A stretch of DNA of 64,000 nt from an uncultured Pirellulaceae bacterium (lineage in GTDB: Bacteria > Planctomycetota > Planctomycetia > Pirellulales > Pirellulaceae), in contig CAZBGC010000008.1 in the NCBI GenBank assembly GCA_964491205.1, positions 14,675 to 78,674 of the forward strand. The letters run 5' to 3'. Position numbers and translations under genes: made by a program. Positions 36,986-45,255 of this stretch are shown here, one piece after another (the first letter of the stretch is position 1; each line of letters opens with the position of its first letter). The notes below the pieces were generated by a model. That model worked only from the letters and a program-made list of their open reading frames with translations, was not told the DNA's origin and did not search any database.

Positions 36986-39900
36986 CTAGAAGAGGTTTGC
37001 CTCTTCCAATTGCAGCATGGCTTCATCCACTGCCTCTTCGCGAGTCGTGTCCAAGATGTCGATCGCTTCCCCCTGGGCAGACGAAATCGTTTGTTCTGCC
37101 AGCGCATTGATGACAAGCAAGATGTCCAGCGGAGTCACGATGCCGTCTCCACTGACGTCAATGAACCCAGGAAAGGCCGTGCTGTTTGCAACCGAGGATT
37201 CGCCAAACTCAGCCAGGTAGTTGATCACGCGTAATATATCGCTTGGTGCAACCAGCTTGTTGTTGTCAACGTCCGCACGGTTGCGACGATTGGTAAACGG
37301 CTGATCTCCTCGCTGAACGTTGATCGAAAAACTCAGGTCGTTCACAACCGTGGAACCAAGTTCAAACGCTCGAACTGTCAGCTGATAGACCCCCTCGTCC
37401 AAGATGCTCGGTACCGCTGACAGTGTTCGAGTTTCCGGATCATATTCCACAAAGCTTGGCAATCCTCCGTTGTCCAGGAGCAGTTCAAGCGGCTGGCCAC
37501 TGGCAACAGGCACATCACCCAGCGCGCCGACAAACGAAGGGGCCTCATTCACGTTGCTAATATCAACGATCACTTCCCCAGTGCCGGTGAGTCCGCCCGC
37601 ATCAGTAACTTCGATCTGCAAAGTCAGACTTGGGTTATCGACGTCAGCGTCCAGTTGAGCACCCGGAGCCAGAGTCAATTCGTGCGATTGCGGATCAAGC
37701 AAGAACGAGTCTTCTCGGGTTCCGCCAACGATTCTGGCAGTCAGGGTATCGTTTGGATCTACGTCATCAAAACGCAATCGAGCCAATACGGTTGCACTCC
37801 CGGGCACGGCACCTTCGGAGACCAGGATTCGCGAAGTGCGAACGGACGGCGCGTCATTTTCATTGAGCACCGAAAGGGTGTATTCGACGCGTGACGGATC
37901 GCTACCGCCCGTTTGGTCATTGATCAACAGTGCGATCTCAACCGAGCGGTCGGTCTCGAAATCAAAGGCGGCTCCGTCGCTGACCACAAGTTCGAACTGA
38001 GTGACTGCGTCAATCTGCGACGTGATCGGACGCAGCTCAAATAGCCCGCCGTCCAATTCATCGGCGATCGTGACGGTGTAGTTTCCGACTGCGTTCTCAG
38101 CGTCTGCCAGATTGACGATACTGACAACATCACCCGGCTGGGCGTTTTCGCCGACGGACGGGCTCAAGATTGTTGCTGTCGCTGGTTCATTCACATCAAT
38201 GACTGAAATACTGACAACACCGGAGTCGCTAAGCGATGGCAAACCGTTGTCGATGACCGTGACGTTCAATTCAAGTGTCTGGTGACGCTCAAAATTGATT
38301 TGGGCATTCGCGCGTACCGCAATGTCACCATTGGGTCGCACTTCTAACACACTCTCGCCACTCCCGCCCGTGACACGATAAAAATGCAATTGATCCAGGT
38401 CTTGATCGACAACCCCTAAGCTACCGATCACACCTGTCACATTCTCATCGACTGAGATTGACGGGATCACCAACTCGGGGGCGTCGTTCGCGTTGGCCAC
38501 GCTGACGATCTGAGTGTAGGTAGTTGATTGAGGCGTATCGCCATTGTCCGAGACGGTAATGACCAGCGTGCGGGATTGCGCGTCCTCAAAATCGGCACCT
38601 TCCGGGTCCGTTAAGGTGATGATTCCGGTCGAAGGATCCACGGCGAAGAACGCTGAGCCGGTACCACCCTCTAAGGTGTAGCTGAGCAACCGATCATTTG
38701 GATTGGCATCTAAATCAGTTGCGAGCACGCGTCCAATCGCGCTGCCAACCGTTGCGTCTTCGGCGATGGCAATTTGAGTCGGCTGAATGATCGGCGCTTC
38801 GTTGACATCCGTCAGCTGGATCGTCACTTGTGAAATGGAGACCGCACCAAGCGAATCAGTCACACCCACTTGCATGGAGATAACGGGTGTCGTTTCAAAA
38901 TCCAACACAGACGTAGGACCAATAGTCAATTCACCACTTACCGAATCAATCTGAATTCCAGATTCAGATCCGCTGATGATTGAAAAAGTAGGTTGGCCGT
39001 CATCGTCTTCGCCGCTGACCGTGCCGAGCACGGTGCCAGCGGAACTATTCTCGGCAATCGTGACGTCCACGTTGGCTGTCGTCGGCTCCAGATTGGGGCC
39101 CAGGATAAAGTTCTCGTATCGTTGAATGGTGATCGGAACACTTTGCGCGCCAATCAATTCTCGATTGCCGGGGGGGTTGAGAAAAGTGATCTGATAGTTG
39201 CCCGGGAATAGATTAGAAATTTCGTAACGACCGAACTTGTCGGAAGTCGCAGTCGCTTCCCCTTGCGAGTAGCTGAATCGGTCAAGCTTGCCAAACGGTG
39301 ATCCGTTGATCGTGTTTCCACTCTCATCGACAACAAAGTCAGCGGAATAGGCCATGGCGTAAGCGACAATGTCATTTTGGAACGACACCGTCAGACGCTC
39401 GCGTTGTCCACCGATTAAGTTGCGGCTGGTCGAAGACCCGATCAGGTTTCCATCGACATCGTAAGCATCAAGGCGGATAAAGGTGTCCGATGTCGTCCCG
39501 ATTCCATCAATCGTGACGGAACGCGCGGGCCGATAAAAGTCCGCGCGGAATTTTCCTGATTCTGAGAACCAGGGAATACCTCCGCTGGAAAAGATCCGAT
39601 TCCCATTTGGGTTAAAGAACGATTCGGCTCGCGGGTTAATTTCGGCGCCACGGATCGATCCGTCGTCTCTTGCCACGTTAAGCGTCACGCCTGGCAGCGT
39701 GTTGATCAAATGCGTTCCATCTTGATACGCGTCTGGCTCCAGCGTAAACGATAGAGTGTCTTGACGCGCGTTGCCATTTGTGTCTGCCAGAACAATCACG
39801 CCTTCCGCTGGATCTGTCAGTGGGTCGCCCTCGACCGCGGGACGCACGACGACGTTGCCGCGGACGCCGCCCACGTAATTGCTTTCACCAAAGTGATCTA

Positions 39901-42448
39901 AGTCGCGACCCTGAAAGGCCAATTTCGTTGGAACTCCAAGGATGCCGTCTTCTAATCCCAGTCGGAAACCCACGCTGCTTGATAACTCATTCCGCACCGT
40001 ACTCGCGATCCAGTCATTGGAAGTGCTACCCAAACTGTCGCCCACCCGCGCGACGTAACCAAAGCCTCGTTCGGTCAGCACTATCTCGGCACCCTCTGGG
40101 CTGACGAAGTCATCGTCCAGACCGAGTCCCTCATCTTTAAAGACGATCTGGCTGTAGGTTTGGTCAGCAATAAAGGAAGTGTGTACAGCGATCGAGTCAA
40201 GAATATTCCACGTGCTGATGACGCCAGTGCTCTCGGCAATTCCGTCGTCGTCCACATCAATGTCGCCGCCCAATGGGGGCGCAACATCGGATTGAATTAG
40301 CATGTAGGAATTGTTGCCGACAATAAAATCCAGACGGTCACTTAAGGTGTGAACATCCGAAAAAATATCTCCCGGCAATCCGCCAAATCCGGGGGTCGAT
40401 GAACGCAAAGTATTGGCGCCTATCGCGGTCGTGAATGGGCTGTCCCCGCTAAGCAGCACGAGGAACCCGTTACTTCCGATTCGAAGGCCGCTGAGATCGA
40501 AAATAACTTGAATCTCCCCTCCAGTGTTTGATCCCTCTTCGACCACGACGAAATAAGTGCCTTCATCAATCACTGAATTGGGCACGCCGCGAATCTCTAT
40601 GGCCTGCTGAGAGTCTTGATCGCCAAAGAGCGGGTCGATCAAAAGCTCGTTAATAAACAGTCCCGTGCCCAGTGCCGGCGTATTTACATTGCCCTGCAGA
40701 CCAAACCCGAGTCCGGAAACCGTCTGAGAGGTATCGACATTGACGCGGTGAGCTGTGCCGCGAGCAGAAAAATCCAGAGCGGCTGCCGCGACAGCTGACG
40801 ACGACTGAATCAGTGGCGCAACGCTGCCGGTATCGGGATCCACACTCAGTAATGAGGTGCCCGCGGCGTCATCGGCGTCAAACATCACAAAGCCAGCGCC
40901 GTTAAACGCTAACGACGAACTGTTTAATGGTCTCGTTGCGTTACCGAGAAACTTTCCTCGCCCCACAGTATCGAATTCAAAGAAACGATCCGTTGCGTCG
41001 TCAAAGCCTACGATCCGCCCGGAAGAAGAGTCGAATGTCAGTGCGCTGACACTTGCCCCGATCAGCGGTGCGGCGGTCGCGAACGAATCGCCTGCGACAA
41101 TCGCAGAATAGGGAGCGCCTGACGGGTCGTTTCCAAGTCGCGTAGCCAACCCAGTCACTGGATCGATCGAGGCTACGGGCGTCGCTGTGCTAAATAGAGT
41201 GGCATACAAAGAACCGTCAGCCGCAACCGAGAGCGACGTAAAAATGGGAGAACTTGGCAAGCCGCGATTGGGCGCCTGCGTTGCCACTCCAGTGACGGGA
41301 TCGAACGTGTAGAGGTGAGTCGAATCAACCAGATAGTGAGTTCCGTCCGCTGCAATGTCAAATCCTGCGACGCCGGAGATGGACGCGCCGTTAAATGTAA
41401 TGGGCGTCCCCGCTGTGACCGCACCTGAGACGGGGTCAATTTGGTGAAGGGTAGAAGGCAATGAACTGACACCGAAAAGCTGATCGTTGGCGCCAAAGCT
41501 GATTGAAGTGATGGGCTGAGACAACGTCGAAAGGCGTCGACCAGATGAGCCGGCCGAAGTGACCGTGAAGTCGATCAACGAGCTTCCCTGTAGTCCGTAG
41601 ATGGAGCCGTCGCTGCTTTGGTCCAGAGAGCTGGAAAAGAAGCCGTCATTGCGAGGAATCGCAACGGCTGTTTGATTCGTCAGATCAAAGTCAAAAAAAG
41701 TACTTCCAAAATTCGATACGCGAACCTGATTGACATCCACAATGGGTTCAGTGACTTGTCCAGTCGATGGGTCAACAATCATCAACTGCAGCGAGTTCTC
41801 AACATTGGCGGTTGCATAGATGGTGTCGCTTTGCGCGTCATAGGCGAGACCGCTTTGCAAATCGACTGTCGCAGCTGCTAGCTGAGAGCTGGCGCCGGTT
41901 GACTTGTCGATCTGGTAGACCGTATCGGTCTGCGAGTCGATACCGATCAACGTGCCGGCATTCGTCTCAACAATCCCGTCGATCGGCGTTTGTGAATTTC
42001 CGCCCAACGACGAAACCGAACCGACACCGTTCATTTCAAACAGTCGAGATTCGCTCCCATTGTCGCCCGCGATCTCGGTAACCCCGAAAAACGATTGTGG
42101 AGTGGTTTGCGTTTGACCAGCCTGCAACTCCACACGCACCACGTGGTCGCCGGCAGGCAACGGTTCAAAGAGATATTGCCCCGTGCTGTCAGTTCGCACA
42201 AAAGGTTCATCGGGACTGAACTGCTGATCGTCATTTACATCCAAGTAGACCCGAGCGTCGATCACGCCGCTCTCGCTGGCGTCACGGATGCCATTAGCAT
42301 TCGTATCGGCCCACACCTCACCTGTTAGCGATGCCAATAGATGACGTGATTCAAGTTGTTCCAGACTGCGACTAAGTCGTCGTCGACGATCGGATCTAGC
42401 TGCTACAGACTTTTTGTTGGATAAGCGTCTGGACCCAAATGAAAACAT
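36986..42448 (-). CDS. Giant exported adhesin-like protein (1820 aa) with SdrD-B/Cna-B-like modules, repetitive 'IDPxTG' beta region, lamin-tail-like domain, cadherin-type repeats and a C-terminal dockerin
   Basis: The N-terminus carries RRRRLSRSLEQLESRHLLAS, a leader motif common in planctomycetal giant proteins. An SdrD-B-like module follows (GEVWADTNANGIRDASE...GQYLFEPLPAGDHVV). A lamin-tail-like segment reads LFINELLIDP...AIEIRG. At least five repeats end in VNEAP/ANDAP/VNEPA/ENDAP (cadherin-like). The C-terminus has paired dockerin/EF-hand loops (DVDNNKLVAPSDILRVINYL and DVSGDGIVTPLDILLVINAL). Confidence 0.85.
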   Translation of the reverse strand: MFSFGSRRLSNKKSVAARSDRRRRLSRSLEQLESRHLLASLTGEVWADTNANGIRDASESGVIDARVYLDVNDDQQFSPDEPFVRTDSTGQYLFEPLPAGDHVVRVELQAGQTQTTPQSFFGVTEIAGDNGSESRLFEMNGVGSVSSLGGNSQTPIDGIVETNAGTLIGIDSQTDTVYQIDKSTGASSQLAAATVDLQSGLAYDAQSDTIYATANVENSLQLMIVDPSTGQVTEPIVDVNQVRVSNFGSTFFDFDLTNQTAVAIPRNDGFFSSSLDQSSDGSIYGLQGSSLIDFTVTSAGSSGRRLSTLSQPITSISFGANDQLFGVSSLPSTLHQIDPVSGAVTAGTPITFNGASISGVAGFDIAADGTHYLVDSTHLYTFDPVTGVATQAPNRGLPSSPIFTSLSVAADGSLYATLFSTATPVASIDPVTGLATRLGNDPSGAPYSAIVAGDSFATAAPLIGASVSALTFDSSSGRIVGFDDATDRFFEFDTVGRGKFLGNATRPLNSSSLAFNGAGFVMFDADDAAGTSLLSVDPDTGSVAPLIQSSSAVAAAALDFSARGTAHRVNVDTSQTVSGLGFGLQGNVNTPALGTGLFINELLIDPLFGDQDSQQAIEIRGVPNSVIDEGTYFVVVEEGSNTGGEIQVIFDLSGLRIGSNGFLVLLSGDSPFTTAIGANTLRSSTPGFGGLPGDIFSDVHTLSDRLDFIVGNNSYMLIQSDVAPPLGGDIDVDDDGIAESTGVISTWNILDSIAVHTSFIADQTYSQIVFKDEGLGLDDDFVSPEGAEIVLTERGFGYVARVGDSLGSTSNDWIASTVRNELSSSVGFRLGLEDGILGVPTKLAFQGRDLDHFGESNYVGGVRGNVVVRPAVEGDPLTDPAEGVIVLADTNGNARQDTLSFTLEPDAYQDGTHLINTLPGVTLNVARDDGSIRGAEINPRAESFFNPNGNRIFSSGGIPWFSESGKFRADFYRPARSVTIDGIGTTSDTFIRLDAYDVDGNLIGSSTSRNLIGGQRERLTVSFQNDIVAYAMAYSADFVVDESGNTINGSPFGKLDRFSYSQGEATATSDKFGRYEISNLFPGNYQITFLNPPGNRELIGAQSVPITIQRYENFILGPNLEPTTANVDVTIAENSSAGTVLGTVSGEDDDGQPTFSIISGSESGIQIDSVSGELTIGPTSVLDFETTPVISMQVGVTDSLGAVSISQVTIQLTDVNEAPIIQPTQIAIAEDATVGSAIGRVLATDLDANPNDRLLSYTLEGGTGSAFFAVDPSTGIITLTDPEGADFEDAQSRTLVITVSDNGDTPQSTTYTQIVSVANANDAPELVIPSISVDENVTGVIGSLGVVDQDLDQLHFYRVTGGSGESVLEVRPNGDIAVRANAQINFERHQTLELNVTVIDNGLPSLSDSGVVSISVIDVNEPATATILSPSVGENAQPGDVVSIVNLADAENAVGNYTVTIADELDGGLFELRPITSQIDAVTQFELVVSDGAAFDFETDRSVEIALLINDQTGGSDPSRVEYTLSVLNENDAPSVRTSRILVSEGAVPGSATVLARLRFDDVDPNDTLTARIVGGTREDSFLLDPQSHELTLAPGAQLDADVDNPSLTLQIEVTDAGGLTGTGEVIVDISNVNEAPSFVGALGDVPVASGQPLELLLDNGGLPSFVEYDPETRTLSAVPSILDEGVYQLTVRAFELGSTVVNDLSFSINVQRGDQPFTNRRNRADVDNNKLVAPSDILRVINYLAEFGESSVANSTAFPGFIDVSGDGIVTPLDILLVINALAEQTISSAQGEAIDILDTTREEAVDEAMLQLEEANLF

Positions 42449-42895
42449 GATGGCAAGTTCTTTAGTGGAATTGAAAACGAATAAACAAGCAAAAAGGGCG
42501 AGCAGTTCAAATCAGATTAAATTGGCATCTGTTCAGTATGTGATGCCTAAGCCACGAATCCGGCCCAAAACACCGGGTCTATACGATAAATATCGCCCAT
42601 CACCAGAACAAGCGTTTTTGCACCGATTGATTTGGTGGACGTGCTAGCCCAGGGCGGCGGCTAGTTTCCGCTTATCGCCTGAATACCGCTGAATATCCCC
42701 ATTTGGGGACCGAATTGGTTCTTCCGATGACGCTCAGGTCCAGGGCCATTCAAGGATAAAAAGGCATTGCAACATTACCTCGTAACATGGAATGTGCTCC
42801 AATCGAGCTACCGGACGACGAATCGACTGGCAAAGGATCGTCGCCAAAAGCTAGCCGATTCTCGCTCTTCCGCCGCACGCTCTTGTTTTACGAAA

Positions 42896-43903
42896 ATGGA
42901 ATTCTCCTCTCGCCTGGCGGCTAGTTCTCCGTCCAGCTTCGCTGCCAATTTCACTGCCATCGATTTCGAGACTGCCAGTCGCCGAGCGGATAGTGCGTGC
43001 CAACTGGCTGCCGTGCGAGTTCGCGACGGGAAAATTGTCCACCAAGCCATGTGGTTGATTCGCCCGGAACCGTTTTTCTTCGCCCAATCGAATATCCGAA
43101 TTCATGGCATCACGCCTGAGCAGGTTGCTGGCGAACCGACCTTTGGTCAGTGTTGGCCCGAGATACGCGAGACAATTGCCGATGATTGTCTGGTCGCCCA
43201 TAACGCAAGTTTTGACATCGGCGTGTTGCTGGCATGTTTGACCAAGCATGGCCAACTGATTCCAGATCTTCAATACACATGCACTCGAGCGATCGCACGT
43301 CGGGTGTGGCCGCAGCGACCACGCTTTGGACTCAAACCTCTGTCGGACTGGCTGGGAGTCCGATTTCAACATCACGATGCTTTGGAAGACTCGATCGCGT
43401 GCGCCAAAATTCTCTTGGCTGCCGGAATCGATCGCCAAGTGGATTCACTGGAATCACTCGAAAGCAAGCTGTCGCTTACCCGCGGCACCGCAGGAGCGTG
43501 GGGCAAGCAGGGCCCGTCGCGAAGAAAGGCAAGACGCCGCAGAACCAATCCCAAACCAACGGTCGTTCGAGAAATCCCGCCGGCGTATCAAACTGAAAAG
43601 CTGGATGTGCAACGATTGTTAGTCCGCGCTGATTTCATTCGGCCTCTCGATGGTCAACGGATTGTCTTCACAGGCAAACTCTGTTCATTGTCACAAGGCG
43701 ATGCGGAGCTGTTAGCAGCACGCAGCGGCGGAGAGTGTCAGCACCAAGTCACACAGCAGACAAATGTGTTGGTGTTTGGAGACGGCATTGATCCGAACGA
43801 GAGAGCAGAAGCCGATCGCTTGAAGCTGGCAGGCCATAGAATCGATATCATTAGCGAAACCGAATTTGTAGAAATGGTGACGTCAACGCAGAAGGGCCCC
43901 TAG
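42896..43903 (+). CDS. DnaQ-like 3'-5' exonuclease with C-terminal BRCT domain
   Basis: The track ORF starts at 42767; the ATG at 42896 gives MEFSSRL. Exo I is FTAIDFETAS and Exo II is LVAHNASFDIGVL, followed by HHDALEDSIACAKI. The BRCT-like tail reads GQRIVFTGKLCSLSQGDAELLAARSGGECQHQVTQQTNVLVFGD. Confidence 0.8.
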   Translation: MEFSSRLAASSPSSFAANFTAIDFETASRRADSACQLAAVRVRDGKIVHQAMWLIRPEPFFFAQSNIRIHGITPEQVAGEPTFGQCWPEIRETIADDCLVAHNASFDIGVLLACLTKHGQLIPDLQYTCTRAIARRVWPQRPRFGLKPLSDWLGVRFQHHDALEDSIACAKILLAAGIDRQVDSLESLESKLSLTRGTAGAWGKQGPSRRKARRRRTNPKPTVVREIPPAYQTEKLDVQRLLVRADFIRPLDGQRIVFTGKLCSLSQGDAELLAARSGGECQHQVTQQTNVLVFGDGIDPNERAEADRLKLAGHRIDIISETEFVEMVTSTQKGP

Positions 43904-43992
43904 TTTTTCGCGCATCACAAACGGCTACGAGGGCTCTGTGCTTCTATCGGCAAGTTCCACTATCTTGGTTTTCTCTCGATTCTATTTGCGAA

Positions 43993-45018
43993 ATGCGTAT
44001 TCTATTGATTGCTGCCCTACTCAGTTCCGCCCTGTTTGAAAGCCACCAGTTGGCTGGCCAGACCAGTGCTGTCACGGCTGTCTCGACGGACACTCAAACA
44101 AAAGACGGATCAACCAGTGCGATCAAGAATCCAGTGACTGATGAGAAAAAGAAAGTGTCGCGTTTCAATATCCCGACGAAAACAGCTGGCGGCACACAGG
44201 TTTGGACTGACCACAGCTATCGGGATGGATACCGCATTCAAGAACATTCGCTGACGGGTCATTTTCGTTTGCTCGATTCGGGGAACATTCGTCGTGCTTG
44301 GGGAACGTACGACCAGTGCGAAGCAACGCTGGACACGATCATTCCTGCCAAATCGATCACCGAGAATCCAAAACACGTCGCTGTGCTGCTGCATGGGCTG
44401 ATGCGAACAAGTCACTCAATGAAAACGCTGGAACTGGCCCTGCTCAACGAGAAGCTGGACGATGTCATTCGCTTTCAATACGCCAGTACCCGAAGGTCGA
44501 TTGACGATCACGCTGCGGCACTTCGCAAGGTTCTGGAGAATCAGCCTTCCAATACCGAATTTAGCTTCGCCGGACACAGCATGGGCAACATCGTCGTCCG
44601 ACGATTGGTCGGTGAACTCCAAGCCGATGGCGATCCAACAAACATTTTACCGCGATGCCGATCGATGGTCATGCTAGGCCCACCCAACCAAGGTGCATCG
44701 ATCTCCCGGAGGCTAGCACCGACGGGTTTGTACGGAATCGTGACCGGCAAAGGGGGAATGCAATTGGGACCACAATGGAATGAGTTCGTCAAGAAGTTAG
44801 CGACGCCGCCGTTCCCATTTGCAATTGTTGCCGGAGATGTATCGGCGAACATCATCAGCAATCCCCTAGTCGATGGTGACGGAGACTTTGTTGTCAGCCT
44901 TGATGAAGCGAAGCTTCAGGGCTGCGCAGAATTCCATACGCTTCCCGTACTCCATAGCTTCTTGATGAATGATCCCCGAGCCGTTGACTTCGCGGTCAAA
45001 TTCATCACGGTCCACTAA
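43993..45018 (+). CDS. Exported alpha/beta-hydrolase (lipase/esterase-like, PGAP1/DUF676-type)
   Basis: 341 aa with a signal peptide (MRILLIAALLSSALF). It has HVAVLLHGLMRTSHSM and the nucleophile elbow FAGHSMGNIVVRR (GxSxG). Confidence 0.7.
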   Translation: MRILLIAALLSSALFESHQLAGQTSAVTAVSTDTQTKDGSTSAIKNPVTDEKKKVSRFNIPTKTAGGTQVWTDHSYRDGYRIQEHSLTGHFRLLDSGNIRRAWGTYDQCEATLDTIIPAKSITENPKHVAVLLHGLMRTSHSMKTLELALLNEKLDDVIRFQYASTRRSIDDHAAALRKVLENQPSNTEFSFAGHSMGNIVVRRLVGELQADGDPTNILPRCRSMVMLGPPNQGASISRRLAPTGLYGIVTGKGGMQLGPQWNEFVKKLATPPFPFAIVAGDVSANIISNPLVDGDGDFVVSLDEAKLQGCAEFHTLPVLHSFLMNDPRAVDFAVKFITVH

Positions 45019-45255
45019 GATAGCAAGTTTACAACAGTGTTCGTTTGACCATGCGAACTGATCGGGCAGCGGTTCGTTTCATGCGAGGGGTGTCGATGGC
45101 TTTGACGAAAAGGAGTGTTTTCTTGGGTCAATAATGCAAATCTCTGGAACGAATTGTTCAATAGACCGTTGGCTCCATTAGACTCTTGAGGCTGAACTCG
45201 GCATTGCAGCCGCCATCAGTGGGGCTACCGGGGAACGTTCTGTTGGAAGACACCG

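Noticed and set aside
42851-43438. 195-aa minus-strand ORF
   Set aside because: It is antisense to the DnaQ-BRCT gene, which has clear Exo I/II/III motifs.
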